Virus record (IMG/VR): IMGVR_UViG_3300048577_000324
Location: 1-25,562 of that record
Reading direction: 5' to 3' (one strand)
Length of the DNA: 25,562 nucleotides
Source: a virus
Taxonomy: Duplodnaviria; Caudoviricetes
Of the stretch, positions 1 through 7,726 are shown piece after piece (the first letter of the stretch is position 1; each line of letters opens with the position of its first letter). The position numbers and the translations under genes were made by a program. A model generated the notes under the pieces. The model was not told the DNA's origin, ran no database searches, and saw only the letters and a program-made list of their open reading frames with translations.

Positions 1-741
1 TCCATCAAATGAGACATCGTAGCTCTGGGCATCTGCCACTGTATCCCAGCTTACTGTCAATGTTGTATCAGTTGATGATACATTGATATTTGCAGGAATT
101 GAAATAGCAGCTGGAGTTGCAGCAGCTAAAGTATTTTCTGACATTGGAGCCGTTGTCGCTGCTGACGGTGTTTTATCCGTCCCTTCGAGATTCACATTCA
201 GAGGAAGCGAAATTGCAGAACCTGTTGTCTGGTTACTTGCAGATCCTCCTGAAAGCATGTTTTGAGAAATAGATTTGCTATTTGCCGTACTATCAGCATT
301 TGGAACAGTTAAATTACCTAAATTATCAATAGTTCCCGGCTGACTATAGGATGCTGTTAAACCAGACTTTGAAAAATTGAATTGGTTTTCTTTTGATACT
401 GTCTTGGTTGTGCTGTCCGTATCAGCTACCACAGCATTTGGTGTGTTGCTGGTAAGAAAGCTTTCAATATCAGAATTTGTTAATTTCGAAGTTGAAACCC
501 CTGTCTGCTTATCTCCTGAAGTTTTCATCGATGACGTTTTTTCATGTGTCAATGCAGCTGCCTTTTGAGTTTTTACCTGCTGCTTCGGTATTATAGGTGC
601 TGTTACGCTATATTTTGGCTTTTTTACTGTGCCTGCAAACACCTTTTGCATACTAAGCGGAGCCAAATCAGTTACACTAAACCCCTGTATTACCATTAAT
701 ACTGCCAATAAGCCTGCTATCCACCTTTTTCCTGTATTCAT
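1..741 (-). CDS. Secreted Ser/Thr-rich protein with fibronectin type III domain (5' part only; runs off the window); probably a host gene
   Basis: Not in the ORF track. ATG at 741 follows GAAGGAGA. My translation is open to base 1: signal peptide MNTGKRWIAGLLAVLMVIQGFSV, an S/T-rich linker, then FN3-like TLTVSWDTVADAQSYDVSFDG. Confidence 0.8.
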   Translation of the reverse strand, partial: MNTGKRWIAGLLAVLMVIQGFSVTDLAPLSMQKVFAGTVKKPKYSVTAPIIPKQQVKTQKAAALTHEKTSSMKTSGDKQTGVSTSKLTNSDIESFLTSNTPNAVVADTDSTTKTVSKENQFNFSKSGLTASYSQPGTIDNLGNLTVPNADSTANSKSISQNMLSGGSASNQTTGSAISLPLNVNLEGTDKTPSAATTAPMSENTLAAATPAAISIPANINVSSTDTTLTVSWDTVADAQSYDVSFDG

Positions 742-815
742 AAAGCTTTCTCCTTCAATTACATATTTAGACATATATTTTCATATTTTGTGAAATTATA
801 TATGTTATTTACTAA

Positions 816-844
816 ATATTACATCTAACAACTTATTATGTCAA
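816..844 (-). promoter_or_regulatory. Sigma-A-type promoter for the FN3 protein gene
   Basis: TTGACA (844-839), 17-nt spacer, TAATAT (821-816), 75 nt upstream of the ATG. Confidence 0.65.
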
Positions 845-919
845 TATATTTAAAATGTTACTTGTATTCCCACACTTTATATAATTTCAATAACAGTTCC
901 CGAAGATCTCCACACAAAC

Positions 920-961
920 AAAAAAATACCGATCAGGGCAAAACAACACCCCAACCGGCAA
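920..961 (-). terminator. Intrinsic terminator ending the recombinase cassette
   Basis: Minus strand TGCCGGTTGGGG...CCCTGATCGGTA stem with G-U pairs followed by T7, about 50 nt after the last recombinase stop. Confidence 0.7.
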
Positions 962-1012
962 TTTCCCAACACTCAATCTATTTAATTCTAAATTGCCACC
1001 CTCAACTCAACA

Positions 1013-1957
1013 TCATTTCAAATCCTTCTTGATCTCAATCCCATTTATAAAATGAAATACTATTTTGTCTTTGCTTAAAAACGTCACATGGTCTATTACT
1101 TTTCTGAATATCTCACCATCAAATTCTCGCGGCTTCTTTTTACATTTCATCAGTTCATTTTTTAATTTTGCGGTTCTATGTTCGAAGTCATTAATATCAG
1201 CAATCTTCCACACTTCGCTGGTTCGTTGCTTTAAAAGCTTTCGTATATTTTCTTCAATTGTCATTGCTTCGGATTGGCCTTTGGGTAAGATTTCGAGGTT
1301 ATTAATCATTTTCTGAATTTCTTTATCTAATTTTGAGATAGTTTGATTTGTTGCTGGTTTGAAAGGATTTTCTGTTTTTTCCACGTATTTATCGAAATGC
1401 TTTTTTACTTCGCACAGTGCTTCCACAAACTTGCTTTCCACAGTTAATTCATCCAGCATATCGCTTCTGCAATAAACCGCACCATTTTCAACATATCTGT
1501 TGCATCTCCAACCATATTTTTTAGGTGTACATTTAATGCTTCTTGGTGATCTTGTCAACTTACTCCCGCATACCCCACATATGATTTTCCCACTGAAGGG
1601 ATACATCGAATTGCTCTCACAATTATGTTTACGTAAAGAATTATAATACTTGTTTCGTTCACTTCTGATTTGGTTTACTTTATCAAACATTTCTTTTGAT
1701 ACTATTGCAGGAAAGTTCTCGTCACCAGTATATTTCTTATTCGCTAAAATAGAGCCGACTGCGCCCTTTGACCAATTAATCTTATCCATTGGTGTTTTGA
1801 TACCTTCTTTTATCAAGAAGTCAGCAATCTTTATTTGAGACTCTCCTTCCATGGCCATTTCGAATATTCTTTTAACATATACTCCTTTTTCGGAATCAAT
1901 TTCAGGCAGTCCGTCATTTCCTTTTGTATATCCGAATGGAAATCTCCTACAAAACAT
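1013..1957 (-). CDS. Recombinase-family protein lacking the catalytic resolvase domain (recombinase DNA-binding domain, Zn ribbon, coiled coil)
   Basis: Begins directly at RRFPFGY; has W..GAVGSILANKKYTG, YPFSGKIICGVCG and WRC; no Y.RVS motif. Start moved from 1981 to ATG 1957 behind GGGGGTG. Confidence 0.85.
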   Translation of the reverse strand: MFCRRFPFGYTKGNDGLPEIDSEKGVYVKRIFEMAMEGESQIKIADFLIKEGIKTPMDKINWSKGAVGSILANKKYTGDENFPAIVSKEMFDKVNQIRSERNKYYNSLRKHNCESNSMYPFSGKIICGVCGSKLTRSPRSIKCTPKKYGWRCNRYVENGAVYCRSDMLDELTVESKFVEALCEVKKHFDKYVEKTENPFKPATNQTISKLDKEIQKMINNLEILPKGQSEAMTIEENIRKLLKQRTSEVWKIADINDFEHRTAKLKNELMKCKKKPREFDGEIFRKVIDHVTFLSKDKIVFHFINGIEIKKDLK

Positions 1958-3560
1958 TATCATCACCCCCAACGTATTCATCGAGCTCCATTGTTTTCTT
2001 CAGGCAAAAGCATATACGGTTATTTGGCTTCGCTATAATTTTATCAACAAGCATATTAAAGCAATCTTCATCAAACTCATCCAGCAAGCCTTGCTGTTTT
2101 TTAATAAACGCTATGATTTTTTCTGTTTCTGATAATGAGACTTCCTTTTCAATAAGAGATGCTGCTACGGCCTGTCTTTTTGACTCCAATTCTTTAATCT
2201 TTGCATTGAACGAGTTTATCCTCTGGCTTAAAATAACAGGTCTCAAACTCTCTGCCTCTGGTGGAGAGTAATCAATATATTCATCCCTTAGCAGCTCATT
2301 TATCTGAGTATTTATTTTCTGAATCTCTGCCTGATCTGCTTTTTGCAAAACAAGTGATTTTAAATACATCATGTTTGGAACAAGTAGTGTTTTCCAATTT
2401 GAATACAGCTTGTTATACATCCTCACAAAAGCTTCGTATACTCTTTTCTCACTAACACCACTTGCGTAGCATTGTCCTGTTTGTTCATATATATTGGAAT
2501 TGCATCTATATGCCGCACTGCGATATTTATTGTTTGAATTCAATATAGACCTTTTAAAGGTTTTACCGCAACTTTCGCAGATTATCTTTCCGCTTAAAGG
2601 ATATCTATTACTCATCCTTTTTATTACATCCTCATCCATACCTTTTTCTTTTTTCCATTTTTCAGATAACTCCCTAGCCCGTTTGAAGTCTTCTCTTGAT
2701 ATTATAGGTTCATGATCATTCTTTATGTAGTACTGAGGCAGTTCACCCTTATTTCTCTTTCTTGAAAAGGTAATATTATCTGCAGTAATCGTCTTTTGCA
2801 GCAGAACATCGCCCATATATTTTTCATTTCTCAACATCCTACTAATACCCGACCCACACCACTCTATTCCTGTAACAGTTGGTATTTTATCTTTGTTCAA
2901 GCCTTTTGCAATGGCATTAGTACCTTTACCTCCAAGATATTCTGAAAATATCCTTTTAACTATTTCAGCTTCAGCCTTATTAATTACAAGGCCTTTATCC
3001 TTATCAAAATCATATCCCATAAACTTTCGGCTTGCTATTTGGTATTTGCCCTGCTTGTACCTTTTCTGATTTGCCCAGCGGATATTCGCCGATAATTCAG
3101 CTGATTCAGATTGTGCTATAGAACTAAGGAGTGTAAGGATTAATTCACTATCTTGTGACATGCTATTGATATTTTCTTTTTCAAAATATATACAAATGCC
3201 CATGCCCTTTAATCTTCTCACAGTTTCCAGACAGTCAGCAGTATTCCTGGCAAAGCGTGAGATTGACTTGGTTATAACCATATCTACCAATCTGTTTTCA
3301 CAGTCAGAGATAAGTCTCATAAATTCCGGTCTTTTTTCTTTTTTTGTTCCGGTAACCCCATAATCCGCGTATATACCTATGAACTCCCAAGCAGGATTGC
3401 TATTAATATATTTTGTGTAATAGCTTACCTGCGATTCAAACGAATTCTGTTGTTCCATGTGCATTGAACTTACCCTACAGTATGCACAGACACGCATTTT
3501 CCCCAAATCTTCCTGATTTTTTTCATTAAGATTGGGGTCAATAACAGTAATCTTTTTCAC
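1947..3560 (-). CDS. Large serine recombinase (537 aa, full length)
   Basis: AYCRVSS catalytic motif, TKSISRFARN, MLRNEKYMGD, CESCG Zn ribbon, coiled coil; GTG start with AAGGAGG. Confidence 0.95.
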   Translation of the reverse strand: MKKITVIDPNLNEKNQEDLGKMRVCAYCRVSSMHMEQQNSFESQVSYYTKYINSNPAWEFIGIYADYGVTGTKKEKRPEFMRLISDCENRLVDMVITKSISRFARNTADCLETVRRLKGMGICIYFEKENINSMSQDSELILTLLSSIAQSESAELSANIRWANQKRYKQGKYQIASRKFMGYDFDKDKGLVINKAEAEIVKRIFSEYLGGKGTNAIAKGLNKDKIPTVTGIEWCGSGISRMLRNEKYMGDVLLQKTITADNITFSRKRNKGELPQYYIKNDHEPIISREDFKRARELSEKWKKEKGMDEDVIKRMSNRYPLSGKIICESCGKTFKRSILNSNNKYRSAAYRCNSNIYEQTGQCYASGVSEKRVYEAFVRMYNKLYSNWKTLLVPNMMYLKSLVLQKADQAEIQKINTQINELLRDEYIDYSPPEAESLRPVILSQRINSFNAKIKELESKRQAVAASLIEKEVSLSETEKIIAFIKKQQGLLDEFDEDCFNMLVDKIIAKPNNRICFCLKKTMELDEYVGGDDNVL

Positions 3561-3587
3561 TACGATCCCTCCTTTTTTGGTAGTGAC

Positions 3588-3616
3588 ATGTTACCGTAGA
3601 TACTCTAGTAGTTCAA
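3588..3616 (-). promoter_or_regulatory. Putative internal promoter for recombinases 3 and 4
   Basis: TTGAAC (3616-3611), 17 nt, TAACAT (3593-3588) in the 93-bp gap upstream of the 537-aa gene. Confidence 0.5.
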
Positions 3617-3653
3617 GCTAATTTATGTGAAATAATATGTATATCTTAATTGC

Positions 3654-5069
3654 TTAATAATCAATATTTTTTAATATAAACTCTGTTTTATCAAGCATAC
3701 AGACAACGATTTCCGCCTTTGTAATTATAAATTTCTCAACAGTCCTATAAAGTAGATTAGATTCAAATTCACTTATCTTGCCTGAATTTTCAAATATGCT
3801 TGTAAACCTCTTTGAGACTACTCTATTTAGAGCATTTTCATCACGAAGCATTTCTCTCCACTTATTTAAAAATTGCTCTCTTTTTCCCACAATCTGATTG
3901 TAAACATCAATGAAAGAATTATTAAGAACTTCATCATCAATATGCCTATTCTCACACCCCTTTCTGCCTTTAACCTCATACTTTCCGCTACATTGCCAGA
4001 TTATTCTCCTCAGCCTTTCATCGTTTGAGTTCCAGACCTTTCTACCATAGGCTCTTCCGCAGCAGCCGCATATTACCCTGCCTGCAAATGGGTTATTGTA
4101 GTTTGCAAAGTCATACTTATACTGTCCATACTGTTTTGCAAATATCTTTCGCCGTTTCATTTCAAGCTGTACTGCTTCCCATGTATCCTTATCAATAATT
4201 GCAGGATGGCTTTCCTCCACATAATATTGTGGAACGGCTCCGTCATTCTCAACTCTTTTCTTGGTGAGAAAATCGGTTGTATACGTTTTTTGAAGAAGTG
4301 CCTCTCCCTTATATTTTTCGTTGCTTAGCATTTTTCTGATACTGCCTTGATACCATTTTGCTGCTCCATTCCAGTTTAATACTCCGTCTTTTTCAAGCTC
4401 TCTTGCTATCCTGTTAGGACCTTTCCCGTCAAGGTAATCGCTAAATATCCGCCTCACTACTTTTGCCTGTTTTTCATTTACTACAAGATTGCCATTTTCG
4501 TCTTTGTCATACCCCATAAACTTTGTATGATTGACTATGACTTTACCCTGCTCAAACCGCCTTCTGATGCCCCATGTACTATTTTTACTAATGGAAAAAC
4601 TTTCCTCTTGCGCCAGTGAGCTGAGTACCGTGAGCAAAATTTCACCTTTTGAATCCAATGTCCGTACGTTTTCTTTTTCAAATATAATTTCTACACCAAG
4701 CTCTTTGAGCATTCTTACATAGTTCAAGCAATCCAGCGTGTTACGCGCAAACCTTGATATCGACTTGGTTATTATCACATCAATCTTTCCAGCCTTGCAG
4801 TCCTCTATCATTTTATTAAACTGCTCGCGCTTTTTGGTATTTGTACCTGTAATCCCTTCATCGGCATAGATTCCGGCCATTTCATATTCAGCACTGTTAT
4901 TTATATATGATGTGTAATAATTTACCTGCGCCTCATAGCTGGACAACTGCTCTATCTGGTCGGTTGATACACGGCAGTATGCAGCCATTCTCTTTTTCTG
5001 TGGTTCAGTGCTTTGCGGCATATTCCTTCTGTTTGCCCTTGCAGGTATAACTGTAATGCTTCTTGCCAT
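3654..5069 (-). CDS. Large serine recombinase (471 aa)
   Basis: AYCRVST, TKSISRFARN, MLSNEKYKGE, ICGCCG...WQC Zn ribbon; GGAGG RBS lies inside the upstream gene. Confidence 0.95.
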   Translation of the reverse strand: MARSITVIPARANRRNMPQSTEPQKKRMAAYCRVSTDQIEQLSSYEAQVNYYTSYINNSAEYEMAGIYADEGITGTNTKKREQFNKMIEDCKAGKIDVIITKSISRFARNTLDCLNYVRMLKELGVEIIFEKENVRTLDSKGEILLTVLSSLAQEESFSISKNSTWGIRRRFEQGKVIVNHTKFMGYDKDENGNLVVNEKQAKVVRRIFSDYLDGKGPNRIARELEKDGVLNWNGAAKWYQGSIRKMLSNEKYKGEALLQKTYTTDFLTKKRVENDGAVPQYYVEESHPAIIDKDTWEAVQLEMKRRKIFAKQYGQYKYDFANYNNPFAGRVICGCCGRAYGRKVWNSNDERLRRIIWQCSGKYEVKGRKGCENRHIDDEVLNNSFIDVYNQIVGKREQFLNKWREMLRDENALNRVVSKRFTSIFENSGKISEFESNLLYRTVEKFIITKAEIVVCMLDKTEFILKNIDY

Positions 5070-6219
5070 CTGTTACCTCCTCCTTCACAATCGTTGGCTC
5101 TGATATATTTAGTTTTTCTGCGATTTCATTGTCAATTTTAGTCCCTGAACAGGCGACTTTGCCGTTTTCTATATAATTACCGCACTGCCACACTATTTTC
5201 TTGCAGTTGTGTCCACTGTTCCATGTCCTTCTCTTCATTACAGTGCCGCATTTACCACAGTACAGCATTCCTGACAGCGGATAACGGTTCGTATATTTGT
5301 CTGTGTTGCCTAAAATCCCTTTTTCCGCAGCGCGTTTTTTCATCTCAATCTGTACCTTCAGCCATACCTCCTTGGGAACAATAGGAGAGTGGTTATCTTC
5401 TATATAAAAGCTATCAACTTCACCGGTATTTTTCCTTTTCTTTTTGCTGAGATGATCTACTATATAGGTTTTCTGCAGCATTACATCACCCATATATTTT
5501 TCGTTCCTCAGGATATCAAGTATACTGGATTTGTTCCATTTCGAGCCTGTGACTGTTGGAACTCCTTCTATATTAAGAAGTTTCGCTATTTTATGAGAAC
5601 CATTTCCTGCTAGGTATTCCTCATAAATCCGTCTTACAATTTCAGCTTCATCAGCGTTTATTATTAAATCCCCGTATTCGTCCATATCATACCCAAGGAA
5701 ACGCTTTGTATTAATAACCAACTCACCTCTCTCAAACTTTTTGCGGTAACGCCATTTCACATTTTCGCTTACACTTCTGCTCTCTTCCTCTGCAAATGAA
5801 GACAGGACGGTAAGCATCAGCTCACCGTCCTGTGATAATGTTGATATATTCTCTTTTTCAAACCTTACCTCAACGCCTATTTCTTTAAGCTCCCTCACAT
5901 ACCTCAGCACTATTGCGGTATTTCTGGCAAGCCTTGATATTGATTTTGTAATTATTAAATCTATTTTTCTCTGTCTGCAAAGCTCAAGCATTTTATTAAA
6001 TTCGAACCTATCATCCTTCGTCCCTGTTACACGACTATCGGAGAATACTCCTGCAAATTCGTATTCAGGATTTGAGGTTATTAGTTTTTTATAATATTGT
6101 ATCTGGTTTTCCAGTGATTCTTCCTGTTGGTACTTGCCGGTTGATACCCTTGCATAGGCACAGACCCGCTTTTTACAGGGTTCGGCTCTTACAGCAGGCT
6201 CTATTTTTGTTACACGCAT
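5005..6219 (-). CDS. Large serine recombinase (404 aa, short C-terminus without long coiled coil)
   Basis: AYARVST, TKSISRLARN, ILRNEKYMGD, YCGKCG...WQC; AAAGGAG RBS; overlaps the next gene by 65 bp. Confidence 0.95.
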   Translation of the reverse strand: MRVTKIEPAVRAEPCKKRVCAYARVSTGKYQQEESLENQIQYYKKLITSNPEYEFAGVFSDSRVTGTKDDRFEFNKMLELCRQRKIDLIITKSISRLARNTAIVLRYVRELKEIGVEVRFEKENISTLSQDGELMLTVLSSFAEEESRSVSENVKWRYRKKFERGELVINTKRFLGYDMDEYGDLIINADEAEIVRRIYEEYLAGNGSHKIAKLLNIEGVPTVTGSKWNKSSILDILRNEKYMGDVMLQKTYIVDHLSKKKRKNTGEVDSFYIEDNHSPIVPKEVWLKVQIEMKKRAAEKGILGNTDKYTNRYPLSGMLYCGKCGTVMKRRTWNSGHNCKKIVWQCGNYIENGKVACSGTKIDNEIAEKLNISEPTIVKEEVTDGKKHYSYTCKGKQKEYAAKH

Positions 6220-6233
6220 TTATTTGCTCCTTT

Positions 6234-6356
6234 TTAACGTATATTTAAAAAAGAGGCCGGGCGCATTTGCCCAAACCTCTTGTGTTTTTGCCTGCTGTTT
6301 TCTAGCGATCTCTGCTTGTCTGCTGCTGCATTTGCTTTAGAGACTCTGCTACTCAT
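6234..6356 (-). CDS. Putative 40-aa basic leader peptide MSSRVSKANAAADKQRSLENSRQKHKRFGQMRPASFLNIR
   Basis: AAAGGAGG 11 nt upstream of an ATG that overlaps the upstream gene end (ATGAGTAG); its TAA abuts the recombinase RBS. Confidence 0.35.
   Translation of the reverse strand: MSSRVSKANAAADKQRSLENSRQKHKRFGQMRPASFLNIR
6247..6281 (-). terminator. Intrinsic terminator just upstream of the first recombinase
   Basis: AAGAGGTTTGGGC-loop-GCCCGGCCTCTT followed by TTTT. Confidence 0.7.
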
Positions 6357-6678
6357 AACTTAAATGCCCTCCTTTGCCTATTTCAAGGATGCATCCAAGC
6401 TTTATTCCGTCTTTCAATCCCTGCACATAAAGGATTTCATTTACCAGAGCACTCATAAGTCCATTGATGCCGGTGTATTTGTCAAGTAACTCCCTTAGTT
6501 CACTCTTGCTGTCTTCGGGAACAGCAGATAAAATTTCTTCGCTGCACGAATCTATATCCACACCCAACTGGATATATTTACTGTTGTCCAGGTACAGCTC
6601 TGCCAAATCTTCGGATACCCTTGTCCCTACAAAATTACTGAAGGCATCCTCAAAGCTTTTTTCGGGTTGTTCACACAT
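6349..6678 (-). CDS. Small acidic helical hypothetical protein (109 aa, C-terminal LYVQGLKDG motif)
   Basis: ATG 6678 (MCEQPEK) has a GAAAGGAG RBS. The longer 168-aa call runs through regulatory hairpins and has no RBS. Confidence 0.75.
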   Translation of the reverse strand: MCEQPEKSFEDAFSNFVGTRVSEDLAELYLDNSKYIQLGVDIDSCSEEILSAVPEDSKSELRELLDKYTGINGLMSALVNEILYVQGLKDGIKLGCILEIGKGGHLSYE

Positions 6679-6715
6679 AATGTATACTCCTTTCATATAT
6701 TTTTGAAAGGAACTT

Positions 6716-6759
6716 AAAAAGGCGCACTGCAGGATTGATGATAACCCCACACTGCGCCT
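6716..6759 (-). terminator. Attenuator terminator in the 5' leader of the 109-aa gene
   Basis: AGGCGCAGTGTGGGGTT-ATCATC-AATCCTGCAGTGCGCCT followed by TTTT, about 40 nt upstream of the start codon. Confidence 0.65.
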
Positions 6760-6767
6760 ATGTATTA

Positions 6768-6796
6768 TTGTAAAAGTATGTACTAAAAGATATAAT
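6768..6796 (+). promoter_or_regulatory. Sigma-A promoter for the antisense RNA
   Basis: TTGTAA (6768-6773), 17 nt, TATAAT (6791-6796); the structured region begins 7 nt downstream. Confidence 0.7.
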
Positions 6797-6800
6797 ATAC

Positions 6801-6900
6801 ACAGGGTCGCTGTGGCAGCGTATGCTGTCGGTGTAGGTAGTTGAGATACCTGCATTGGCTATGGGGTGCTCGTAACACCCTAAAGACATGGCGGCCTTAT
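6801..6900 (+). ncRNA. Candidate ~100-nt cloverleaf antisense RNA (may extend to a hairpin-T tract at 6930-6964)
   Basis: Hand-folded stems: P1 6803-6814/6887-6898, P2 6815-6819/6824-6828, P3 6829-6839/6847-6857, P4 6862-6868/6876-6882. Nine G-U pairs work only on the + strand. Confidence 0.6.
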
Positions 6901-6917
6901 TAAATTTCCTTGTATTG

Positions 6918-6946
6918 ATATTAACTCTTATAGGCTTGTCTGGCAA
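6918..6946 (-). promoter_or_regulatory. Sigma-A-type promoter for the leader, 109-aa gene and recombinase transcript
   Basis: TTGCCA (6946-6941), 17 nt, TAATAT (6923-6918); the -35 lies inside the inverted repeat ATAGGCT...AGCCTAT (6930-6960). Confidence 0.6.
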
Positions 6947-7009
6947 GTAGTACAGCCTATTTTTCTACGAACTTTTACAGTATTTCAGGGTAAATATTAA
7001 GATTGGCTA

Positions 7010-7726
7010 TTACTGCATATTTTTTAGAGCTGCTGCCGCCTTTTTAATTAGTATTGAAGCATATTCCCCTCTGATTGTTTTTCCATTTGTAGAATTTTTA
7101 AGCCAGTAATCAGAGTCGGATATGATGCCTTTTTCCTTAAGTACATATACTGCCAGTCCAAGTTCATCGGTTTCAGAGACATACGGGATTCCGAAATATT
7201 TTAATACTCCTTTTGCAAGTGCTATGCCTATTTCTTCCATATTACATACAATCCAATCCGCATCTTCGATATTGTCATGAAATGCAATTTCTATAAGTGC
7301 AGCAGGAGCATTTGTTTTTGCAGTCTCATACAGCGGCTTGCCTTCTCCAAAATGGTTGCAGCCTTCCTTTATCCCTTTGTCTGCTGATGGTGTGAGCGGT
7401 GCTATTTCGGAGTAAACTACTTTTGCAAGCTTTTCTCCTTCACCGCCATATTGGTGGCAACAGACCTCGCAGCCTCTAGCCTTGCCATCACATGCATTTG
7501 AATGAATTGCCAGATGTATGTCAGGCTTTTTGCTGTTGCTGTCAGACACTACCTGTGAGAGTGTCATTTCAGGCTTATTTCTGTAAACTACTATGCCATT
7601 CTGCTTTAAAACCCTTTCAGTGACATCTGCAATATTGTTCATCCTCGATTCTTCCGTGCCGTAAATGCCAACACCCCTGTTTTTCTCCTGCGTTGACGGA
7701 CTTAAGTATATCGATTTACTCATCAC
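7010..7726 (-). CDS. Endolysin, N-acetylmuramoyl-L-alanine amidase (Amidase_3) with short C-terminal cell-binding region
   Basis: HLAIHSNA and ALIEIAFHDN motifs; directly follows the holin. Confidence 0.9.
   Translation of the reverse strand: MMSKSIYLSPSTQEKNRGVGIYGTEESRMNNIADVTERVLKQNGIVVYRNKPEMTLSQVVSDSNSKKPDIHLAIHSNACDGKARGCEVCCHQYGGEGEKLAKVVYSEIAPLTPSADKGIKEGCNHFGEGKPLYETAKTNAPAALIEIAFHDNIEDADWIVCNMEEIGIALAKGVLKYFGIPYVSETDELGLAVYVLKEKGIISDSDYWLKNSTNGKTIRGEYASILIKKAAAALKNMQ

Noticed and set aside
6801-6900. tRNA gene
   Set aside because: Cloverleaf-like, but the stem lengths are wrong and there is no D-loop GG, no TTCGA T-loop and no CCA end.
6679-6946. ORF 6758..6946 and the N-terminal extension of 6349..6855
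   Set aside because: No RBS; both overlie promoters and RNA stems, and a strong RBS marks ATG 6678.
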